This document shows positions 57,336 to 64,000 of a DNA stretch of 64,000 bases, piece by piece; the first letter of the stretch is position 1, and every line of letters starts with the position of its first letter. The DNA comes from Patescibacteria group bacterium (GTDB taxonomy: Bacteria > Patescibacteriota > Microgenomatia > UBA8517), in assembly GCA_035260845.1 (NCBI GenBank), contig DATFUL010000008.1, positions 5,709-69,708 on the forward strand, read 5' to 3'. Both the position numbers and the translations under genes were made by a program. Under the pieces are notes generated by a model. That model was not told where the DNA came from. It was given only the letters and a program-made list of their open reading frames with translations, and made no database searches.

Positions 57336-58133
57336 ATGGCAATAATTTTTGATGGTAGAAAGTTTGCAGCAGAAAAGGAAGTGGCTCTACAAATCCGTGT
57401 CTTAGGCCTTAAAACTCGTGGAGTCCACCCTAAACTTGCCTCAATTTTGGTAGGTAAAGACCTGGCAAGTGAACTTTATGTGAATTTAAAGAAAAAGGCA
57501 GCAGAAAGAATCGGCGCCGAGGTTGATATTTACAAAATTTCAGAAAATTCTAAATTGGAAGATCTTAAGTTGCTTATAAAGACATTAAACGAAGACGAAA
57601 TGGTAAATGGAATAATGATTCAGATGCCAATTCCAGGAAAATTAGGAGAATCTAAAGAAGAAATTGTGTCAGAAATTGATTCCGAAAAGGATGTTGATGG
57701 CCTTAAGGAAGATAGTCAATTTCTTCACCCCACAAGTAAGGCAATTATGGAAGTACTTAAAGTTGCCGAAAGGCAGCTGGACCGCAAAATGAAGTCTGTT
57801 TGTGTGGTTGGCGCAACAGGAATGGTGGGTAAACCCCTTGTTAAGGAGCTTAAAGAGGAAAATTACGAAGTAATTGAGTGTAATACAAAAACCCCCGATC
57901 TAAAGGCAAAAACTTTAGAAACAGATGTTGTGGTCAGTGTTACTGGTAGTCAAAATATAATTACAGGGGAAATGGTTAAAGATGGAGTAGTTGTAATCGA
58001 CGTAGGTTCACCCCAGGGGGATGTGGACTTTGCCTCTGTATCTAAAAAGGCTGATTTTATTTCTCCGGTCCCAGGTGGGGTTGGTCCTGTCACAATTACT
58101 TGCCTACTTGAGAATTTGATCTCAGCATGTTAA
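57336..58133 (+). CDS. folD: Methylenetetrahydrofolate dehydrogenase/cyclohydrolase
   Basis: YVNLKKK, KDVDG, VIDVG, PVPGGVGPVT. Confidence 0.95.
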   Translation: MAIIFDGRKFAAEKEVALQIRVLGLKTRGVHPKLASILVGKDLASELYVNLKKKAAERIGAEVDIYKISENSKLEDLKLLIKTLNEDEMVNGIMIQMPIPGKLGESKEEIVSEIDSEKDVDGLKEDSQFLHPTSKAIMEVLKVAERQLDRKMKSVCVVGATGMVGKPLVKELKEENYEVIECNTKTPDLKAKTLETDVVVSVTGSQNIITGEMVKDGVVVIDVGSPQGDVDFASVSKKADFISPVPGGVGPVTITCLLENLISAC

Positions 58134-58140
58134 TATTCCC

Positions 58141-58200
58141 ATACACACGCAGGTTATGTTTCCTGGATAACTTCCAACTTGCGGCGGATTAAGGAAACAA
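58141..58200 (+). promoter_or_regulatory. rpsB (uS2) autoregulatory leader
   Basis: ACACACGCAGG...CTTGCGGCGGA structured 5' UTR directly before rpsB. Confidence 0.6.
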
Positions 58201-58209
58201 CAAAATTTC

Positions 58210-58917
58210 ATGGCAGTTAAAGTATCACTTGAAGATTTAGTTAATGCTGGGGCTCATTTTGGCCACCAAACAAAGCGTTGGAACCCAAAAATGGGTGAGT
58301 ATCTTTATGGCTCCGATAATGGGGTTCATATCTTCGATTTAACAAAAACCAAACCCCTTATTGAAGAAGCTTTGGAGTTTTTGGCAAAGTCAGTAAAAGA
58401 AGGTAAAACAGTTTTACTTCTTGGAACCAAAAAACAAATTAAAGACAAAGTAGCCGAAGTTGGTGAGGAACTTGGAATTCCATACGTTAATGAACGTTGG
58501 CTTGGAGGAACAATTTCCAATTTCTACCAAATGCAAAAATCTCTTAAAAAGATGGAAGAAATGGCCGAAAATATGGCCTCAGGTTTTTATAACAAAAACA
58601 CCAAAAAAGAAAGACTTTTGATTGACCGCGAAATAACACGTCTTCAAAGATTTTTTGGAGGAGTTAAAATTCTTAAAGGAGTACCAGATGTCCTTTTTGT
58701 AATAGACACAAAACGCGAGGCAGGAGCTGTTCACGAAGCAAATGCCAGAAAAGTACCAGTTATAGGCATAGTAGATAGTAATAGCGATCCAGACGCAATT
58801 GATTACCCGATTCCAATGAACGATGACGCTTCAAAAGCTTTGGAATATATGCTTGAATTATTTAAAGCTACTGTTTCTGAAGCCCAAAAGAAAGTTAAGC
58901 CAGCTGAAGTTAAATAA
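58210..58917 (+). CDS. rpsB: 30S ribosomal protein uS2
   Basis: AGAHFGH..KRWNPKM, RWLGG, IPMNDD. Confidence 0.98.
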   Translation: MAVKVSLEDLVNAGAHFGHQTKRWNPKMGEYLYGSDNGVHIFDLTKTKPLIEEALEFLAKSVKEGKTVLLLGTKKQIKDKVAEVGEELGIPYVNERWLGGTISNFYQMQKSLKKMEEMAENMASGFYNKNTKKERLLIDREITRLQRFFGGVKILKGVPDVLFVIDTKREAGAVHEANARKVPVIGIVDSNSDPDAIDYPIPMNDDASKALEYMLELFKATVSEAQKKVKPAEVK

Positions 58918-58920
58918 CAC

Positions 58921-59376
58921 ATGGCAAACAAGATCGATATTGAACAAATCAAAAGATTAAGGGAAGAAACTGGCGTTGCTATAATTCGTATCCGAGAAGT
59001 CCTCAAAGAAGTTAAAGACGACGAAAAAAAAGCTTTGGCAATTTTAAAAAAGGAAGGCTTGGAAAAGGCAGAAAGACGAGAAGGTAGAGAAACTAGTCAA
59101 GGAAAAATCTTCGTTTATGCGCACCACACCGGACAAGTTGTTGGAATCGTTGAACTTCTTTGTGAGACAGATTTTGTTGCCAAAAACGAACTTTTCGAAA
59201 AATTAGGCAAAGATTTGGCTATGCAAGCCGCATCAATGGGAGAAGAAAAGTTTGAAGATCAAGATTTTGTAAAAGACGGAAGTCACAAAGTAAAAGATTT
59301 AGTAAAAGAATTAATTGCAAAAACTGGTGAGAATGTTAAGCTGGGTAGAGTTCAAAGACTTGAACTCGGTAAATAA
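58921..59376 (+). CDS. tsf: Elongation factor Ts (short form)
   Basis: LREETG, LCETDFVA. Confidence 0.95.
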   Translation: MANKIDIEQIKRLREETGVAIIRIREVLKEVKDDEKKALAILKKEGLEKAERREGRETSQGKIFVYAHHTGQVVGIVELLCETDFVAKNELFEKLGKDLAMQAASMGEEKFEDQDFVKDGSHKVKDLVKELIAKTGENVKLGRVQRLELGK

Positions 59377-59930
59377 TGGACGATTCTTCAATAACTTCTA
59401 AAATGCAGTCAGCTGTTAATGTTTTGGCGAGCGATATTGCTGGTGTTCGAACTGGTCGTGCTACTCCTGCACTTGTGGAAAATATTATTGTTCCTGCATA
59501 TGGTGGGACTCAAAGACTTCGGGTAATGGAAGTTGCAAGTATCACTTCTCCCGACCCAACTTCCTTGGTAATTAATCCATGGGACAAAAGTATAATTGGC
59601 GACATTAGAAAAGGGATAGAAGCAGCAAATATTGGCATGAATCCATCCATTGATGGGGAAATAATTAGGATTATTATTCCACCAATGACCACTGAAGACA
59701 GAGAAAAATATGTTAAGATTTTGTCTCAAAAACTGGAAAACGGAAAAGTCATGGTTAGGGGAGTAAGGGCGGACGAAATGCACGAAATCAAAAAGAAGTT
59801 TGAGGCCAAAGAGATTACAGAGGACGATAAAAAAGATCAGGAAAAGAAACTTCAGGAAGCTACTGATTCCTTTATCGCAAAGATTGAAGAAATGGGTGAG
59901 AAGAAGAAAGTTGAACTCCTACAAATCTGA
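59376..59930 (+). CDS. frr: Ribosome recycling factor
   Basis: VRTGRATP, PWDK, PPMTTEDR. Confidence 0.97.
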   Translation: MDDSSITSKMQSAVNVLASDIAGVRTGRATPALVENIIVPAYGGTQRLRVMEVASITSPDPTSLVINPWDKSIIGDIRKGIEAANIGMNPSIDGEIIRIIIPPMTTEDREKYVKILSQKLENGKVMVRGVRADEMHEIKKKFEAKEITEDDKKDQEKKLQEATDSFIAKIEEMGEKKKVELLQI

Positions 59931-59945
59931 TATACTCTTCATAGA

Positions 59946-61055
59946 ATGTTTTCGACTATTCTTTATTCTTTAGGAATTCTTTTAGTTCTTTCGGTTTTAA
60001 TTTTGCTTCACGAATTTGGCCATTTTTGGGTTGCTAAAAAATCCGGAGTTTGGGTTGAAGAATTTGGATTTGGACTTCCACCCCGCATGATTGGTAAAAA
60101 AATAGGCGAGACGATCTATTCACTTAATTGGTTGCCGTTTGGTGGATTTGTAAAACTTCATGGCGAGCAAAGCGATGATGGAGTTTCTAATCCCGCTCGT
60201 GCGTTCTTGGGCAAAAGCAAATTAACCCGTGCCAAAATTGTTGTTGCTGGAATTGTGATGAACTTACTTTTAGGATTAGTTTGTTTTGCCATTGTTTATT
60301 CGTTCCTCGGGATCCCTAAAGAGCAAGGTTTTGTGCAAATTGTTGATGTGGCCATGGATTCTCCAGCCGCTACTGCCGGAATTGCACCAAACGACATTGT
60401 AGTTTCTTTTAATAAAAATCCAGTCACAAAATCTGCTGACTTTACAAATCTAACCAAAGAAAATGCAGGTAAAAAGATAGTTTTACAGATTAAACGTGGG
60501 GAACAGGTTATAAATTTTAATATTACGCTTCGTGATAAGCCAGCCGATGGTAAATCTTTCCTTGGTATTGTGGTTAGCTCACAGACTACTTATTACCCGC
60601 CAGTTTGGCAGAGACCATTTTACGGGGCTTATTACGGCACAATTGCGAGCTACGACACAACAATAATGGTAATTCAAGGCCTTTGGGGAACAGTTGCTCT
60701 GGCCGCACATGGTAAAGCCCCACAAGATACGGTTGGCCCTGTTGGAATATTCGCGATTATTTATTTTGTCCTAAAACAGGGGATTTTACCCGTACTTAAT
60801 TTGATGGGACTCATATCAATAAATCTTGCAGTTCTTAACATTTTGCCAATTCCGGCGCTTGATGGCGGTAGACTTCTATTTATTGGAATCGAAACTGTAT
60901 TTGGTAAAAAAGTTTTGCCAAAAGTGGAGGCTATGTTTCATTCAATTGGCTTTGTTGTTCTTTTAGCTCTAATTATTGTAGTTTCCTTTTTTGATATTAA
61001 ACGCGTTATTGCAGCAGGTGGATTTACTGGCTTCATTAATTCGTTTACGAAATGA
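59946..61055 (+). CDS. rseP: RIP metalloprotease RseP with PDZ domain
   Basis: HEFGH, LPFGGFV, NILPIPALDGG. Confidence 0.93.
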   Translation: MFSTILYSLGILLVLSVLILLHEFGHFWVAKKSGVWVEEFGFGLPPRMIGKKIGETIYSLNWLPFGGFVKLHGEQSDDGVSNPARAFLGKSKLTRAKIVVAGIVMNLLLGLVCFAIVYSFLGIPKEQGFVQIVDVAMDSPAATAGIAPNDIVVSFNKNPVTKSADFTNLTKENAGKKIVLQIKRGEQVINFNITLRDKPADGKSFLGIVVSSQTTYYPPVWQRPFYGAYYGTIASYDTTIMVIQGLWGTVALAAHGKAPQDTVGPVGIFAIIYFVLKQGILPVLNLMGLISINLAVLNILPIPALDGGRLLFIGIETVFGKKVLPKVEAMFHSIGFVVLLALIIVVSFFDIKRVIAAGGFTGFINSFTK

Positions 61056-61067
61056 TACAATGGCTTC

Positions 61068-62267
61068 ATGCGACAATCAGAACTATTTCCTAAAACACGT
61101 AAAGAGGCACCCAAAGATGCAGAAAGCGTTAACCATAAACTTTTAGTTCGGGGTGGATTTATAGACCAACTTATGGCAGGTAGCTGGACTCTTCTTCCTT
61201 TGGGCTTTCGAGTTGTTGCCAAAATTAATCAAATAATCCGTGAAGAAATAAATGCAGTTGGAGGACAGGAGATGCTAATGCCGCTACTTCACCCGAAAGA
61301 AATTTGGAATGAAACGGGTAGATGGGACAAAGCAGACGAGGTAATGTATAAATTGACCGATACACGAAAAAAAGAATTCGCTCTCTCATTCACCCATGAA
61401 GAAATCGTAATGGATCTTCTTCGTAAAAATATAACCAGCTATCAGGACTTGCCGGTTGCTATTTACCATTTTTCTACAAAGTTTAGGAATGAACTTAGAG
61501 CCAAAAGCGGAATCTTAAGGGGGCGAGAATTTATGATGAAGGATCTTTATTCGGCGCACACAACAGAGGCCGATTTAATGGATTATTACGAAAAAGTTAA
61601 AGATGCTTATTCAAAAATATTTACCCGTCTTGGATTTAATTTTAAGATTGCCAAGGCGTCCGGAGGTGTATTTACGGATAAATTTACTCACGAGTTCCAA
61701 GTAATTGCTGGCGCAGGTGAAGACACTATCTACTGGAAAAAAGGTGATAAAGAGGCAGTTAACGAAGAAGTAATGGAGGGCAATAAAGAAGATTATGAAA
61801 GTGCAAAATCAATTGAAGTAGGCAATATTTTTCCTTTAGGAACTTGGTATTCAGAAAGAATGAGATTTTATTATACAGATGAAAAAGGCCTAAAAAACCC
61901 TGTTTGGTTTGGGAGCTATGGAATTGGGTCCACCCGTGTAATGGGAACTTGGGTTGAAGTTTCACACGACGACCGCGGTATTATTTGGTCTAAAGAAATT
62001 TCTCCGTTTGATGTGCATTTGGTTGAACTCCCTGGTGGAAACGGAAAAGAAGTTTATGATAAATTAACTAAAATGGGAATCGATGTTTTGTGGGACGATA
62101 GAAATGTTCCTGCAGGGCAAAAATTTGCAGACAGTGATTTAATCGGAATTCCTTTTAGACTTGTAGTCTCCACAAAGACTGCTGATAAAATTGAATTTAA
62201 GGAACGCACTTCTGACAAATCAGAACTCTTTAGTCTAGAAGAAGTTGTCCAAAAATTGGGAAAGTGA
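61068..62267 (+). CDS. proS: Proline--tRNA ligase (short form, no editing insertion)
   Basis: THEE, KFRNELRAKSGILRGREFMMKDLYS, IEVGNIF, YGIG. Confidence 0.95.
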   Translation: MRQSELFPKTRKEAPKDAESVNHKLLVRGGFIDQLMAGSWTLLPLGFRVVAKINQIIREEINAVGGQEMLMPLLHPKEIWNETGRWDKADEVMYKLTDTRKKEFALSFTHEEIVMDLLRKNITSYQDLPVAIYHFSTKFRNELRAKSGILRGREFMMKDLYSAHTTEADLMDYYEKVKDAYSKIFTRLGFNFKIAKASGGVFTDKFTHEFQVIAGAGEDTIYWKKGDKEAVNEEVMEGNKEDYESAKSIEVGNIFPLGTWYSERMRFYYTDEKGLKNPVWFGSYGIGSTRVMGTWVEVSHDDRGIIWSKEISPFDVHLVELPGGNGKEVYDKLTKMGIDVLWDDRNVPAGQKFADSDLIGIPFRLVVSTKTADKIEFKERTSDKSELFSLEEVVQKLGK

Positions 62268-62286
62268 TACTATAGCTATCACGCTC

Positions 62287-63303
62287 GTGAATAAAACCCG
62301 TAAAAAGAAAATAGTAGTTATTGGTGGAGGAACGGGAACTTTTACTATTCTCTCAGGCCTCAAAAAGTATCCTCAACTCGATCTTTCAGTAATAGTTTCC
62401 ATGATGGATGATGGCGGCAGTAACCGTGTAATCAGAGACGAATTTGGACTTTTGCCAACTAGCGACCTTCGGCAATGTATGGTTGCCCTGGCTTCCGATA
62501 GCGTAGACGAAACTTTAAGAAAACTTTTTACATACAGATACGGTCAGGGTGTTGGAATAACGGGTATGACTTTCGGGAACCTTTTTATGGCGGCACTCAC
62601 CGATATTTATAAAGGTAATCAAAAGAAAGCGATTGAGGAAACTTGCGAAGTTTTAGGGGTTAAGGGTAGTGTTATTCCTGTGACTTTTGATAAAGCACAT
62701 CTTGTAGCTACTTATTCAAATGGCAAACAAGTTTTGGGTGAGCACAGTATTGACGAACCAACTCCCGAACAAGGGAAGTATAAAATCACAAATTTGGAAG
62801 TTATTCCAAAAGCAAAAGTTAATAAAGAGGCAACAGGCGCCATAGAATCGGCCGATTTTGTAATACTGGGGCCTGGGGACTTTTATACCAGTGTTTTACC
62901 CAATGTGATAATCAAAGGAGTTGCAGACTCACTCCAAAAAACTAAAGCAAAGATTATTTTTGTAATGAATTTGATGACTAAATTTGGCCAAACTTCTGGT
63001 TTTGCTGCTAGTAATTTTATTGATGAAATAAACAAGTATTCTGGACGAAATCCGGATATTGTAATAATTAATAATTCAGATAACTTTCCAAAGAGTATCT
63101 TGGCAAAATATAAAAAAGAAAGCGCTAAACCTGTAAAAGATGATTTGGATGGCGATAAAACCATAAAAATAGTTAGAAGAAATTTAATTTCGAGTAAAAC
63201 TTACAAAAAGCCGAAAAGCGATAAATTAGTTAGAAGTCTAATCCGTCACGACTCAGAAAAACTGGCAAAAGCTGTTCTTGATCTTATTTTGACTTCCAAT
63301 TAG
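62287..63303 (+). CDS. YvcK/GlmR (CofD-like) family protein
   Basis: VVIGGGTG, DDGGS, GNL, GPGDFYTSVLPN, RHD. Confidence 0.93.
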   Translation: MNKTRKKKIVVIGGGTGTFTILSGLKKYPQLDLSVIVSMMDDGGSNRVIRDEFGLLPTSDLRQCMVALASDSVDETLRKLFTYRYGQGVGITGMTFGNLFMAALTDIYKGNQKKAIEETCEVLGVKGSVIPVTFDKAHLVATYSNGKQVLGEHSIDEPTPEQGKYKITNLEVIPKAKVNKEATGAIESADFVILGPGDFYTSVLPNVIIKGVADSLQKTKAKIIFVMNLMTKFGQTSGFAASNFIDEINKYSGRNPDIVIINNSDNFPKSILAKYKKESAKPVKDDLDGDKTIKIVRRNLISSKTYKKPKSDKLVRSLIRHDSEKLAKAVLDLILTSN

Positions 63304-63314
63304 ACTAAATAGCT

Positions 63315-63674
63315 ATGAATAACGAAGATTGTATTTTTTGCAAAATCATAAATAGAGAACTTCCCTCCAAGATTGAATATGAGGATGAAGATTTGTTGGT
63401 CTTTCAGAACATTGAACCAGTCGCTCCGGTCCATGTACTAATTATTCCCAAAAAACACATCGTTAATCTCTCTGAGGTTTCTGAATCGGATAAGGAAGTT
63501 TTGGGAAAAATCCTTTTAGTTACAAAAGACATAGCAAAAAAACTTGGAATCTTTGATGCATTTAGGGTTTCAGTGGGAAATGGAGAAAACGCAGGACAAT
63601 CCGTATTTCATCTGCATTTTCATCTAACCGGAGGTTGGAAAGAGAAGTATAATAGAAACGAAGACGGCTCATAA
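63315..63674 (+). CDS. HIT family nucleotide-binding protein
   Basis: DCIFCKI, HVLIIPKKH, GQSVFHLHFH. Confidence 0.95.
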   Translation: MNNEDCIFCKIINRELPSKIEYEDEDLLVFQNIEPVAPVHVLIIPKKHIVNLSEVSESDKEVLGKILLVTKDIAKKLGIFDAFRVSVGNGENAGQSVFHLHFHLTGGWKEKYNRNEDGS

Positions 63675-63676
63675 AC

Positions 63677-64000
63677 ATGATTGCACAAACACTACAAGCA
63701 AAAATAGGTGAAGCCATGAAGGCACACAATGAAGTAAGACTTTCTACGTTAAGAATGCTATCAAGTGCTTTTGGTTATGAAAAAATTGCCAAGCAGCATG
63801 AGCTAACTGACGAGGAAGAAATGGTTGTTATTCAAAAGCAAGCCAAGCAGAGGAGGGACTCAATCGAAGCCTACAAAAAAGCTGGTTCCCCGGAGCGCGC
63901 CGCAAGTGAAGAAGCTGAACTTAAAATTCTACAGGAATATCTCCCACCAGAAATTAGCGAAGAAGAGCTTTCCAAATTGGTCACCGATGCTATAACTCAA
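63677..64000 (+). CDS. GatB/YqeY domain protein (runs off the window)
   Basis: MIAQTLQAKIGEAMKAHNEVRLSTLRML...KQRRDSIEAY...EYLP. Confidence 0.9.
   Translation, partial: MIAQTLQAKIGEAMKAHNEVRLSTLRMLSSAFGYEKIAKQHELTDEEEMVVIQKQAKQRRDSIEAYKKAGSPERAASEEAELKILQEYLPPEISEEELSKLVTDAITQ

Overview
Compact, AT-rich bacterial chromosome segment using the standard code. It is most consistent with a Patescibacteria/CPR (Microgenomates-like) genome; this is an inference from the short EF-Ts and ProRS, no pyrH between tsf and frr, split ComEC, two MreB paralogues and mostly SD-less genes. Content includes competence genes (comEA, split comEC, dprA), argS, ndk, an idi-polyprenyl synthase-uppS block, the nusG-rplKA-rplJL region, rnhB, rpsU, gmd, six tRNAs, a likely 6S RNA, def/fmt, mreB-PBP2, topA, a dTMP/one-carbon cluster and rpsB-tsf-frr-rseP-proS. 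There is no integrase, transposase or CRISPR array. The most unusual signals are: (1) an in-frame, synonymously recoded duplicate of the last 16 codons of a BldC/Xis-like HTH gene; (2) a two-copy structured element with covarying stems that resembles IS200/IS605-type ends and sits between divergent promoters; (3) several 7-mer and 8-mer repeat families found both between genes and in frame inside conserved proteins; (4) two ATP-grasp ligase clusters plus a small repeat peptide that could be a substrate; (5) a strong SD plus uORF/hairpin ahead of rpsU; (6) orphan genes arranged as self-promoted cassettes with 4-bp stop-codon overlaps. All calls come from reading the sequence; no database search was run.
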